Source of the DNA: Epithemia pelagica
Lineage: Eukaryota > Protista > Bacillariophyta
Length of the DNA stretch: 64,000 bases
Direction of reading: 5' to 3'
Assembly: GCA_946965045.2 (NCBI GenBank)
Contig: OX337242.1
Location: 2,108,001-2,172,000 of the forward strand
The notes under the pieces were generated by a model. That model was given only the letters and a program-made list of their open reading frames with translations, searched no databases and was not told the DNA's origin. The position numbers and the translations under genes are program-made. Shown piece by piece: positions 1 to 11,496 of this stretch. Within the stretch, counting starts at the first letter, position 1; each line of letters starts with the position of its first letter.

Positions 1-460
1 GCCAACCAGGACGGTACGATCCACATCGACCACCACTGGACAACAGGGCCCTTACCAAAGTTTTAATCCGATTTCTGTCGATCAAGCCACTCGCACGGAG
101 GAAAGCTACGCTCGGGGTCGAAACTATGCAATGGGTAAGTGGTCGCCAATTGTACGACCAGTCACACACGCACAGCAAGAAAAGTATTCGGACCAGGAAC
201 TGAGTCCCATTGAATTGATCGCCAAACAACGAGCCGAGAACGCGAAACGTCAACGAGCGGAGGCAGCAGCGGCTGCAGCTGCAGCCGAGGAAGAGGAACG
301 ACAAAAGGCACAAGAACAACAACAACAACAAGAATCTCAAGAAGAACAAGAAATACAAGGGAATGAAGAGGTTGACGCATCTTCGTTGAGTGAGGATTGG
401 ACGTTCTCACCTCATCGACCACAGTTTCCCATTGGAGTTGGTCCCTATGTGGTCCAATAA
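1..460 (+). CDS. 3' end of a gene entering from the left edge; low-complexity Glu/Gln/Ala-rich C-terminus, function unknown
   Basis: The frame of ORF 131..460 stays open back to base 2, so the gene starts outside the window. Confidence 0.45.
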   Translation, partial: PTRTVRSTSTTTGQQGPYQSFNPISVDQATRTEESYARGRNYAMGKWSPIVRPVTHAQQEKYSDQELSPIELIAKQRAENAKRQRAEAAAAAAAAEEEERQKAQEQQQQQESQEEQEIQGNEEVDASSLSEDWTFSPHRPQFPIGVGPYVVQ

Positions 461-1681
461 AGGAAAATGTGATTGAGGGAGCGTTTCGCTTTTCTGCATT
501 TATTTATATACAAAGTTGTAGAGTATTTTCCTGATCCACTTCACTGAAAACTGTTTCACGTCAACTCATGGTCAAGCGTACCATCTTTGTATTCGGAATA
601 CCCCGCATTGGTCAATGTTGCAGAAGGCTTATCCGACATCAAACAGAAGCCACTCACACTCCAGTAAATTGCATGAAGCGTCAAGTCGACGTTGCTCCTA
701 ATCTAGCTTTGGTTTGACTATTCGATCCGGTTAGACTTTTTTCTAGGATGCCTGTCTCAGATGAAATTCAAATTGAGCAACGTGTCTCGAGGAGGATAAA
801 GTACAACGAGACGAAAAGGGCGTACTCCTCTCGTTATTGGCAACTTGTGGCAAATGCACGCCACAAGATTACTCAAACAGGTTCTCAATCCTCCTGCTTC
901 CGGGAGCATGTTTGATGGTGAAGTAGCCTCTGGTTCAGAGCTCGGAGCGGAATGAAAGAGGGCGTTTCTCAAATGCTTTTTTATATATTGTAGACCCAGA
1001 GGTGCAAGATGGGTCCTGATTCACTTGATGGATGATTGTTTGGCCAAAGCCCGACTCTGAAGACGTCGGATCGACCGATGTTGCACAAAAGGCTTTTCAC
1101 TCTTTTCAGACACCACAAGCGCGAACGCTTTGGCGTATGGGGCAACATACGAGAAGTCCAAAGTCCGAACCCTTTTCCATTTGTCGTTAGACCGTTTATC
1201 CAGTATTCTCATTCGATAACACATACAAGTACAAGAGACCTCAAAAGCTGAAAAGTTCGGATCAGTACGAGTATCTTGTGTTTTGAGATCCTGCTCTGCA
1301 CTCAAAACTCATCGCCTCTCTTTGACTTCAACCTTCAAGACTCCGAAATTTACCAGAAGCGTCGTAACGCGAAGTACGACATCAGACATTATTAACAAAA
1401 GCGAACTGTGAATGCGAAGGCTCTCATTTCCCACGTAGCATTTTCACCACGTTCAATTGTAAAACCCAATCATCTTTCTTGAAAACGACTCAAGTTCTTC
1501 CGGGAGAATACACAAACGCTTCGACGATGCAACAAAATCGAATGGACACATCGCTTGGACGGGACAAACAGGGACCAAACGAGAAGACACAAACACAGCA
1601 ACCAAAGACCCTTTGCAAGGACCACAAAAACAAACCATTGCAACAAATATCACATGTATCTTTGCAAAAACCATCTTCGAA

Positions 1682-2710
1682 ATGTTGAAGGTGGTTCGTT
1701 CCTCAATGCTAAAGCCCAAGTCCCCACTGAGCGCCTACAACCTATTCTTCCAAGTGGAACGGAAACGTATCATTGATGGAACCGAGTCCTCCGTGACTTG
1801 CCCCATTACCATAGACGAGGTGGAATCGATCCGATCTAAGCACAAGCTCAAGGGCAAACGAGTTCATCGAAGAACACATGGCAAAATAAGTTTCCAGGAA
1901 TTGGCCCGTACGGTAGCAAGTCGATGGAGGCACTTGCCGTCTCCGGCAAGGGAACTCTTGGAGCAGCAAGCGATTGTAGAGAAACGAGAGTACGCTAAGC
2001 AATATAAAGAATGGGAGAATCAGGAGGGAGCAAATACCAAGGACAGTATGGACATTGAGTCCTCACTTTCTTCGAATCTCGACAAATTCGATTTCGATCC
2101 AACCTGTTCCAAAGCAACAGCACAGGACAAGTGCACAAAATCTACTCCAGGAGGAAAGCATCCAGCCCTTGATCTTGTGGATGAACAGCGAACCAAGGCT
2201 CTCTCTTTCATGCAAAGCCTTCAGCATCAAAGAACTCAGGCCAAGATGGGTGTGCAAGATCAGAGAGTCGTTTCGCCTGGAACTGTGGTACCATCTATGG
2301 CGTCTCAAGTTTGGAGTACAACGGATATGGAGACGTCCTTGTTGTTGGGTAACCGCCCTATGGACTGCGACTCAAATTCATCAATCCAGGCAAGTTCTGA
2401 GACCAACAACGCAACTATTGAAACCACGTGGACCCCACAGCGGAACGACACGACTGTCGATGAAAACGAAAATCAACTTGCCATCGACTACCTGATTGCG
2501 GCATTGTCTTCAGACTCGTATACATGTACAAGCACTGCCACTGATGCAGCACCCATGAGCTCTTCTCTGTCTCCTTCTTCCATCAATTGTTTACCATGTC
2601 CAGCCTTTTCGTCGTCACCGCCGCCACCCCCACCATTCTATGGCGACTTTATGGACAGTGAGTGGGAAGCAATTGATACGGATATCCTGGAAGCACTCTT
2701 GGAAGCATAG
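1682..2710 (+). CDS. HMG-box DNA-binding protein (diatom type, with insertion in the box)
   Basis: PKSPLSAYNLFFQVERKRI...HRRTHGKISFQELARTVASRWRHL...EKREY. First ATG is at 1682; the track start at 1613 is TTG. Confidence 0.85.
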   Translation: MLKVVRSSMLKPKSPLSAYNLFFQVERKRIIDGTESSVTCPITIDEVESIRSKHKLKGKRVHRRTHGKISFQELARTVASRWRHLPSPARELLEQQAIVEKREYAKQYKEWENQEGANTKDSMDIESSLSSNLDKFDFDPTCSKATAQDKCTKSTPGGKHPALDLVDEQRTKALSFMQSLQHQRTQAKMGVQDQRVVSPGTVVPSMASQVWSTTDMETSLLLGNRPMDCDSNSSIQASSETNNATIETTWTPQRNDTTVDENENQLAIDYLIAALSSDSYTCTSTATDAAPMSSSLSPSSINCLPCPAFSSSPPPPPPFYGDFMDSEWEAIDTDILEALLEA

Positions 2711-3281
2711 CAGCTTCATGTCTCAAGGGATGGAACCCTTTCCCAATTGTGACAGTCCAGTCAGTGTCAATTGTATGGAGACGGGGGTCTCTGTGTATGA
2801 TTAGAATAGACTGTCGTGCATGTATTGAATAGAGAGCGATGTTCATAACGATAATCACTTGTCAGAAGTAAACTGTGGTAGAATACAAAGTCATGGAAAG
2901 AAAACTGTTCTCGTTTGTTGGTTCTCCATCGAGATGGACTTCATGTTTCTAGCAAGAACTGGGGTCTTGCATCTTGTGTTCCTCAATTCGCTCGAAATTG
3001 TACATCACCTGGCGCGTAAGACATGCGCGCGTTAGAAGTACACTAATTGTTATAGTACTATTCATCGATATGGATGGACGGGCGTGAGTGTGACGGCAGT
3101 CAGCACCAACAAACCAAGCATGAAGAGCCTGACATTCTCATATTTTGACAAGAGAAAAACACGAGGGGACCGAAAGGAACAAAAGTTGTTGGTTCACCCA
3201 GGGTGTGTTTGATACATTCGATACGAAAAGCAATCCACAAGAAAAGATTTCTTTGTTTTTAGCGAAAGAAACTCCATCATT

Positions 3282-4116
3282 ATGAAGCAACAACAACAGC
3301 AACAACTCCTGTGCGACAAGGCCAATTCCGAAACGGAAATCACCCTCAAAGGAAGTGTGGATATTGTTTCAGATTTCTTTTTTACCGCCATCAATTCCAT
3401 TCTTTACCAACGAGGTACGTTGGAGCCAGTATTGCTTTGTATGCTGGAATGCTCTTTGGTGGCACTCACCAACAATCATGATCCTGTGTCCTGTTGTAAT
3501 ACTTTCTGCCTTGCTTCCCCATACACCAGGAATCTACATGCCGGAAACCTTTAAGCGTGAAATGAAATATGGCTTGACTGTCTTGACGACGACCGATCAA
3601 GGCTTGCTTCGTTATTTGGAGGCAGTCCAAAAACAGGTGGAACACTGGATGTTACTGGGAAACATTCAACGATTGGTAGTTGTTGTCCAAGGTGTCGATT
3701 CCATGGAAACCTTGGAACGATGGCAATTCAATGTCGCTGTCCAAGATGACGGGAAGGAAAATGGCGAAAATCAATCCCCCAATACAGCTCCCTCGATAGA
3801 TTCCTTGACGGGTAAAGATGCCACGTCCAAGCACAGCCAGAACAAAAAGACTCTCAAGGAAATTCACAATGAAATTCAAGCCATTATTCGACAAATCACT
3901 GCCAGTGTCACCTTTTTGCCCCTGCTGCAGGAACCCTGCACCTTTGATCTGCTTGTATATACCGACAAGAATGTCTCGGTTCCGAAACAATGGGCCGATT
4001 CCGATCCATGCTATATTTTGAATTCGAATGAAGTGAAACTTCGGAGTTTTACCACTTCCATTCATCAAGTCGATTCCATGGTGGCATATAAGGAGGCTGA
4101 CGAGTGGGAACTCTAA
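3282..4116 (+). CDS. MAD2: Spindle checkpoint protein MAD2 (HORMA domain), 2 exons: 3282-3414 and 3530-4116
   Basis: ITLKGSVDIVSDFFFTAINSILYQRG|IYMPETF..KYGL, ERWQFNV, EIQAIIRQITASVTFLPLL, FDLLVYTD, VKLRSFTTSIHQVDSMVAYK. GTACGT...CAG intron 3415-3529 joins the frames in phase 1. Confidence 0.95.
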
Positions 4117-4732
4117 AAGAGAGAGAGAGAGACTGTCATCCTCCAATGTGGTTAAGCATGGCCTCTTCCTGAACAACGGATTCGTTGCACAACCAGGTCC
4201 TTTTCACCTATCTTGAACTGTCATGAACCCCAAATGAAGTATGTGAGGGTTGCATTATTGAGTGAATCGTCACAGCAAAACTACTCATACCATATAGATA
4301 AAACTGTCCTTGCTCTTTTCAAAACAAACCCTATAGCATCCACTGCAGCTGCTCGATAAAATGTTCCGCGCCGGTTCTCAAAGGTGGAACCAATGGTGCA
4401 GGCATAGCACCCTCGAACACAAAACTCGAATACAGAGGACACTGTGATCTCCACCAGAGTCATTCCATTTCGCCTCTTCTCGTCTGAAGTTGCTTTGTTC
4501 GCCATTGTCGTTTTCCAAACGACTTTCTCGTGTCTGAGACAAGTACACACCAGTGCCTATACCATATTATTATGTTCGCTCAAAGAACCAACAGCAGTGT
4601 CTGTGGAAGGTCCTACAAGGATGAGGTTTCTACTAGGTCTATAGTTCCCTTCTACAGGTCTTCTCTTTTCGCAATGCCTGTTACTCGCGGCGAGCAGCCA
4701 TACGTTGACAATCGTTTCCCAAAGTAGCGCGA

Positions 4733-5404
4733 TTAGTCTTGCTTTTGGCTGGAACCACTGCCATTGGATCGAGTCGTTGTGTGGTTCAGAACGTTTTGTT
4801 GCAAAAACTCGTACAAGGAAGCGGGTGCACTGCCGGAATACCGATTCACCACGACCGGTTTCTCTTGTGTGGTGGCGGTAGGATTCTCCAGCACTAAAAA
4901 GGTGGGCAAGGCTGCGACGGAATACTGGGCCGCCACCGCATCGACCGAATCGACATTGACACTGGCCCACCCAATGCGTCGGTCATTCAATTGCGCGGTA
5001 TGTTGTTGCATCCAGTCCTCCCAGGGTCCTTGAATGGTCCGGCAGGGTTGACACCAAGGAGCGGTAAATTTGATCACGAGCAACTCGTAGTCCTCTTGCA
5101 CAAACTTGGTCCAGGCGGGTTCCGATTCAATCGATGGAATGGTGGGCGCCAACAAAGGGCCACTGCCACCGCCGCCGCAACACGAACAACAGTCGGCTTC
5201 GTCGTCCTGGTCGGTACTCACGGTCGAGGAGGATTTGGTTTTGGCACTCCGTCGTTGTTGGAGTGGTGGAGGAGTGGTCGTTGGTTGCTTTTTGCCCAAC
5301 ACGACCAAGAGTTTGTCCCACAACCATTTCAAGGCCCACACACACAGGGGTAAAATGGCCGTATAGGGAATGCACACACCCCCAATGCAACACAAGCCCG
5401 ACAT
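4733..5404 (-). CDS. Thioredoxin-domain protein with N-terminal Cys-rich hydrophobic anchor
   Basis: LLVIKFTAPWCQPCRTI...VNVDSVDAVAAQYSVAALPTFLV. First ATG at 5404 (MSGLCCIGGVCIPY). Confidence 0.88.
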   Translation of the reverse strand: MSGLCCIGGVCIPYTAILPLCVWALKWLWDKLLVVLGKKQPTTTPPPLQQRRSAKTKSSSTVSTDQDDEADCCSCCGGGGSGPLLAPTIPSIESEPAWTKFVQEDYELLVIKFTAPWCQPCRTIQGPWEDWMQQHTAQLNDRRIGWASVNVDSVDAVAAQYSVAALPTFLVLENPTATTQEKPVVVNRYSGSAPASLYEFLQQNVLNHTTTRSNGSGSSQKQD

Positions 5405-5963
5405 TTGTTGTGGTTGTTTGTTATTGTTGTCCTCTTGAGTGGAATCTATCGATTGTTCTTGTTGCTGGATCAATCTTTCTAAACAACAACGATAGAATGC
5501 GGAAGAAGGTAAAGAGAGCGAGTAGGATGCAATATGGGATGGTGGTGGGTGTGACGGTGTGTGACCTGCTGTGACTTGCCGTAGACCATAGGTTCAATCT
5601 AAAACCGAGAGGTCTTTGGCCGCGTTTGAGTCATCCTAAAAGAAATAAGATTCATTTCGAAGAAAGTAAGCTCTAAATTGCGACTCATCTACACGCTAGG
5701 AGTTACTTTGTACTTTTGTCCGTTGGAGTCTCTGATACTACGAAAACAAAGACAGGTGTTGGATCGATGGAGACATTAGACGTCCCCAGAGTCCTCTGAT
5801 TCTCGCTTTTCCTTTGTTCACTCGTCCCTGTGTGTATGTGCTGACTCCAGACAGAGCGATAGAGATTGATCGAGTAAAGCATTGGAACGTACGATCGAAG
5901 TCTAGTTGTCCTTCCTTCCTTCCTTCCTGATCGACCCTTCCAGAACAAAGACAACCCGACAGC

Positions 5964-8900
5964 ATGCGGTCCAAGGATAATCCTCTAAACGGAAATGGCC
6001 ACGTATCCAAAAAGGCATCCTCATCATTCTTGTTGTATCGACCCTCCTCTCCCAAACAAACCAAGAAAACAACGACGACAAGCCTCTATGCTTCCAACGG
6101 CTCTCGCACTACGGCCGCCACCAAGAAATATGCTGCGTACAACCACAATGCCAAGAATGGTTGGGGACGACTACGATCTCATCCTTCTTCTACTAGTACT
6201 CCTACTCCTGGAAGATGGTGGTCCTCCCTGTCGCGACGGTCGCAAACACGTACCGTGGCTGGCACACTCTTGTTCTCTTTGGTCTTGGTCTACATGGCCA
6301 TGGTGGTGACCTTGACGCAATTGCACGACGACGACGACAGCAGCAGCAGCAACCATCTTGATTCCCACGGTAGTACTTCTGCGGTACATAGTATTGATCG
6401 AGTGGTGCAGTCACGTGTCCAACGTCGACACGACTATCCCCATCAACGGCCACCACCCGAACCACCACAACCACAATCAGAGAAACACGAAACCCATGAG
6501 GCCTCCATTCCACAACCACCACCACCCCAACAGGACTCCGAAACAGAACAACAGCAACCATCACAACATGAGCAGCTAGAGCAACACCATGAGGCCGAAC
6601 AAGTGCGAAGACGGCGACGCAATCGGGCTCGTCAACGACGTTACCAACAACAACAACAACAACAACAACAGGATCCGTACCAACCTCCCATTCATCAAGG
6701 ATCTGGTCCCTTGTACAGTCCCTTTCGCATGTACAATTTGTCGGTCGATATGAATCACGGCATTCAACCGCAACAAGTCTTGCCGTCAACGTCCACCACC
6801 AACAACAACAATCCAAATCCTACTGGTTCTTCTTCTTCTTCTTCCTGGGCGTGGCAAGCCGATCGCGTCGATGGACCCATCCAAGACCATCCAACACCCG
6901 ATCATGTCTTGACAGCCTATATGGAAGAGGTGGATTTGAACGAATGGGCCATTCAACCCTTGCCGATTCGACAGCATGCCCAAGCAACGCAATTAAGGTC
7001 CATTGCCTACACACGAGTTCGATCCTGTTCGCGCTTGACACAAGCCTGGCCGGTCGATGATACACCGGCGGAAACGGATGCCTTTTTGCCCTGGATTCAT
7101 GATGTCTTCCCCACGGCCAATGGCCAATTTGTGCAATTTGTCGCACAAAACAAACGACGATGTCGTTCGGGTACGACACGCCAGCGCAATGAAACGCATA
7201 TTTTGCGACGCATGCAACCTCAAGTCGCACTCTTTCAACACGTGTCCGTCAAACGGATCCCAAACAGCCTGTCCAACCATCCAGAAACAGTCCAAACGAA
7301 TACCACGTTTCGCTATCGATTATCCACGCACGCGGATGCCGATCCCGATGGATTGGCCACGCGCTTCATTTGTCGGTTTCAACCCAGTGGGATTGAAACC
7401 TTGTCCGTCTTTAACTTTGATTACGATTGGACGTCGTATCGGAAACGATACAAGAATACCTTTGCCCAAGACGATGGAGGAATCAAATCCATTCATACGT
7501 CGCAATTGATTTTTCAGTGTCCCATTCCCGAATTCTTGCATGACGATATTCGGACCGGACAGCATGTCCACAACGATTGGACGTCCTTGTTTGTCGATGT
7601 CATTCCCATTCGTACGCCACCTCGCTTTGGGACACCGGTCCAATACTTGCAACCCCGCTATCAGGAATTTCAAACGCGCAATACCAGTCTCCTCTTTAAT
7701 GCGACGCACGCCTGGGGCACGAATCATGTTTTGCCGACGGTGGAAAATTCCGGACGATGGCAAAACATTCCCATTTGTTTGCCCAGTTTGTTGCAATATG
7801 GAAAGGGGAGTCGTCGTCAACAGCAACAACACCAGCAATCGAAACAAGACAAAGAGGAAGCAGAGGATGACCAGGTACGACACCAATCCGCGGCTGCTGA
7901 CGCGGAACCAGCACCCGTATTCTCCGACGCACAAGAATTGCCCTTTGATCCACAGTTTATTCATTCGACAGCAAAGACTAACCGTCACAAAAGAGACAAT
8001 GATGATCGTGGTCCTATTCAGCATCGTCTCGTGGCGTGTATTTGGGCTTCGGCGGGATACAATACACGAGGCAATCGGTTTGCCATTAACGATGGTCAGC
8101 GACGGTTGCTGGAATGGATCTCCTACAACAAGGTGATTGGTTTTGATCATTTTTATTTGTACGACAATTCCGGTGCCTTTGCTTCGGGCAGCAACGATAC
8201 ATCATCGTCAACCAGCTTGAAACCGATTGCCGACTTGTTTCCCGACGACATTACGTACATTCCATGGCCCAGTCAAATTTGCAACAATCGTCCCAACAAT
8301 GTCGATTCTCCGGGAGAACGATCGTCCCAATATGCCGCCGAAGCTTCGTGTCGATTACGATTTGGTCCCCATGTGGAATGGATTGGACAATTTGATATTG
8401 ATGAATACTTGGTTCCCATGGGCAAACACGATACGATACTGTCCTTGTTGGATCAGTTGGATGAAGAAGATACCCGCATCCTATCCTTTGGATCTTGGCG
8501 AGCCTGGCCTCGTCGTGCCTTTATCAATGAAATCCATCCCATTGATAATCCCAGTGTTTGTTGGCACAATGAAGCCTGTTTTGATTTGTCCATACCGCAA
8601 AATGTGACCATGTTGCAAGCCTACAATTGCGATCGACAGCCACCCGGTCACAAGACCGAAGTCATGCCGGCCGAAAAGCAAGTGTATCGGACGAATTATG
8701 TCACACATCATTTTATTCATTATTCCGCCGTGACCAAATTGTCGGAAAAGAATCGGACTGAATACGAAGCTGATGGATTTCGATGGCGGTTCCGAGCCTT
8801 TCCCGATCCACGACAACGCTTTGCCAAGGAAGAAACGGAGGGTCTCATGTTGCACGCCAAGGCGGTGGCATTGCAAGATACGGCTGGCTACCAACGCATG

Positions 8901-9194
8901 TGCAGCGTGGACAATTTGAAATTGCCCATTCGAAAACAGGGCACCTGTCGTTTGGGTGTCCCGTGGCCCAAGGGATCGTGGCCGACGGATTTCAACAATC
9001 CGCCTCTGGCCGGTACCAAGGAAGGATATGCCTTTAATTGCTATGTCAATGCCCATATTGAAGAACTCCTCATCCCACGGTTGGAAGAAGAATTGAAGAA
9101 ACACTCGAACTTGCTAACGGCATCACCACCGGCAACTTCGGAAATGGAGGAACAAAAACATGAAGAAGAAGCCAAGGCTGCGTTCACGCTTTGA
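5964..9194 (+). CDS. Type II membrane glycosyltransferase, GT92/DUF23-like (GT-A fold)
   Basis: Single N-terminal TM segment (LLFSLVLVYMAMVVTL); LLEWISYNKVIGFDHFYLYDNS; WIGQFDIDEYLVP (DxD motif); 1076-aa uninterrupted ORF. Confidence 0.8.
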   Translation: MRSKDNPLNGNGHVSKKASSSFLLYRPSSPKQTKKTTTTSLYASNGSRTTAATKKYAAYNHNAKNGWGRLRSHPSSTSTPTPGRWWSSLSRRSQTRTVAGTLLFSLVLVYMAMVVTLTQLHDDDDSSSSNHLDSHGSTSAVHSIDRVVQSRVQRRHDYPHQRPPPEPPQPQSEKHETHEASIPQPPPPQQDSETEQQQPSQHEQLEQHHEAEQVRRRRRNRARQRRYQQQQQQQQQDPYQPPIHQGSGPLYSPFRMYNLSVDMNHGIQPQQVLPSTSTTNNNNPNPTGSSSSSSWAWQADRVDGPIQDHPTPDHVLTAYMEEVDLNEWAIQPLPIRQHAQATQLRSIAYTRVRSCSRLTQAWPVDDTPAETDAFLPWIHDVFPTANGQFVQFVAQNKRRCRSGTTRQRNETHILRRMQPQVALFQHVSVKRIPNSLSNHPETVQTNTTFRYRLSTHADADPDGLATRFICRFQPSGIETLSVFNFDYDWTSYRKRYKNTFAQDDGGIKSIHTSQLIFQCPIPEFLHDDIRTGQHVHNDWTSLFVDVIPIRTPPRFGTPVQYLQPRYQEFQTRNTSLLFNATHAWGTNHVLPTVENSGRWQNIPICLPSLLQYGKGSRRQQQQHQQSKQDKEEAEDDQVRHQSAAADAEPAPVFSDAQELPFDPQFIHSTAKTNRHKRDNDDRGPIQHRLVACIWASAGYNTRGNRFAINDGQRRLLEWISYNKVIGFDHFYLYDNSGAFASGSNDTSSSTSLKPIADLFPDDITYIPWPSQICNNRPNNVDSPGERSSQYAAEASCRLRFGPHVEWIGQFDIDEYLVPMGKHDTILSLLDQLDEEDTRILSFGSWRAWPRRAFINEIHPIDNPSVCWHNEACFDLSIPQNVTMLQAYNCDRQPPGHKTEVMPAEKQVYRTNYVTHHFIHYSAVTKLSEKNRTEYEADGFRWRFRAFPDPRQRFAKEETEGLMLHAKAVALQDTAGYQRMCSVDNLKLPIRKQGTCRLGVPWPKGSWPTDFNNPPLAGTKEGYAFNCYVNAHIEELLIPRLEEELKKHSNLLTASPPATSEMEEQKHEEEAKAAFTL

Positions 9195-9729
9195 GTGAAA
9201 CCACCTTGGAAAGCACCTTGACCTAAATGGTATTTATTCGAACAGCAAACGCAACAGTCCGTTGGAAGGAGGTGGTAATGTTTCTTTGTATTGACGGCCA
9301 AGATAAATCAAGTATTGTTCCTTTTGTCGCCCAGTATCAGGAGGAGAACATGCGCGTCATTTTGCCACAACTCTCTCCTTTTAGTCTAGTAGATTCACAA
9401 CGATGTAGACAACACAGGGAATCATACAATTCTTACTTTCTCTACTATAGGATCGTTTCAACACGACAACGACAACAAATATAAGTCGGAGAACAGCAAC
9501 ACGCCCCTTGCGATCCTACCAAGGTGAGTTTGTTTACACCTCTTTGCTTCCAGTTCAAGGGGTGTGTGGAGTGTGGACGGTCTCGAGTGCACTGAATATC
9601 CTTTCCAGTGACAGCAGGCTGCCACAAGCTGGACAGTCTGCATTCTCAAGTTTCTCATTGGACACTGCGACCAATGAGGATGAGATCGTGGTCTAGGAAT
9701 TCTTGTGTGTGCGTGCCGAACCTTGACAA

Positions 9730-10850
9730 TTACTTTTTCTTCATTTGTTCTTCCATATATTCGACATATTCATCCAAAATGACAGGCCATGCCGAAGTGC
9801 TTTCATCGTAATTGCTCAAGTCATCGTCCATTTCCATACAAAAATCCAAAAAGGACGTCCATTGATCCAAACTAATGTGTGTATATGTCGTTGTATTGGA
9901 AGAAGACAAGGTAGATGGGGCTGTTGCAGCACCGCCACTGCTGGAGGATGATCCACTTCGTTCTTCCAAAAAGGTGGCAAAGGATTCCACCCGGTGTGCA
10001 GGAACCCGTTCTCCACTCTTTTTGCCCGATTTAGGGGTCGACCCTGTCGTTTCCTCTGTAGAATTGCTCAAGAGGACGAGTTTCAAAAGAGCAACGACCA
10101 AATCGGTTTCCAAGGATTTGTGTGTTCCTTGTCGAGAAAAGACAAAGCAAAATTTGTAAAATTCTTTAAATTCCGTCGCATCCAAAAACCCCGTATCCAG
10201 AGAAGGAACCAAGTCTCGCATCTTGGTCCAGGAATCAACTTGCAAATAAGTACAACCCGCAATCCATTCCGACTGCGAGAGTTGTGAGGGTTTGTCTCGA
10301 ACATTCATTTTCCACAAGAGGACCAAAATACGGATATCTTCCGTCGCATCCATTCCCAATTTTTCGCCCAAGGCAAAAATGCCTAAATGTACAATTCCAA
10401 ACAAACAGGAGGGCCGTGTTGATGATGGAATAGAAGAATAAAGAACCAGGAACCACGAGACATTTGAAAGAGGGAAGAGTGAGAACTGAGGAATGATCGG
10501 TACAAACAAAGAGCAAATGCTTGGCTACTTTGCAGGAAGAGTGTACCACCACTCGCAAACAAAAAAGCCTTCTTTCTTGTGCTGATCTTGTTTCTAGCAA
10601 ACGTACCTTCCATATTGGCCGTTTGAGGATCATCGGGATCGGCAATTTCCGCAAACATTTGTTCCACAGCCGATGTATTGAGTCCACTTGAATTCGTATT
10701 ACTAGTAGAAGTTGCGGCTGCCGGACTGCTGCTACTGGCTTGACTGCGTTTCTTCTTGGAACCCCACATGGTAGATTTCGTGGTGGTCGTTGCTTCTTCT
10801 TCTTGATCGATACTGCGCTTTTTGCCAAGGCGAGGACTTGTGCGAGGCAT
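9730..10850 (-). CDS. DCN1-like (defective in cullin neddylation) protein, 2 exons: 10850-10607 and 10382-9730
   Basis: MEG|IFALGEKLGMDATEDIRILVLLWKM, FKEFYKFCFVF, ISLDQWTSFLDF, NYDESTSAWPVILDEYVE. GTACGT...TTTAG intron 10606-10383 is phase-consistent. Confidence 0.9.
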
Positions 10851-11496
10851 TTACGCACCAACCCACAAACAACAAGAACAAAGAATGAATTCTAAAGGTG
10901 TCAAATCCAAAAATAACAACGACGAACGGGATAGAAGGACACACAAGGCGCGATACAAGGTGTCACAAACGGGTACACACCAGCCAAGAAGAGAAATCAT
11001 CCATGTGAGCAACATTCTGTAGGACACAAGATAAAAGACAAGACGATCGGGAAAAATGGAATGTCCTGTTCCAAACCACATACCAAGGATTCTCCTTCTG
11101 TCGGCAAAGACCTCGAATGATTGTTGCGCTCTAGAGAATAGGATGTTATCGATTATCGATATCTTCTGTTGGATGTTTTTGGACAGAGAAGCGCAGAGGC
11201 CTTTTTCCAACCGATGAGCCGGGCGAGGGAAAGAGAAAAACTATCCCTGCTATGTGTAGTGTAAGAGAGGGTAGCTCCTCCTCCCCATGGTAGGAGTAGG
11301 ACTACGTCTCTCATCTCTTCGACCCCATCTGCCTATGGCGATGCCCTAGATGACCCATGTAAAAAAAGAGATGGAATCGTGTGTCGATAACAAAATAGGG
11401 TAGCGAGAGCAATTTACGAAAAAGCTGGGCTTCTTCAAGTCTAGACTAGACTCAGTGAAAGACAAGAGCCCCACTTGGAGGTGTGTTGTCCACCCA

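Noticed and set aside
500-1600. Short ORFs upstream of the HMG-box gene
   Set aside because: Under 100 aa, non-ATG starts and no recognisable motifs.
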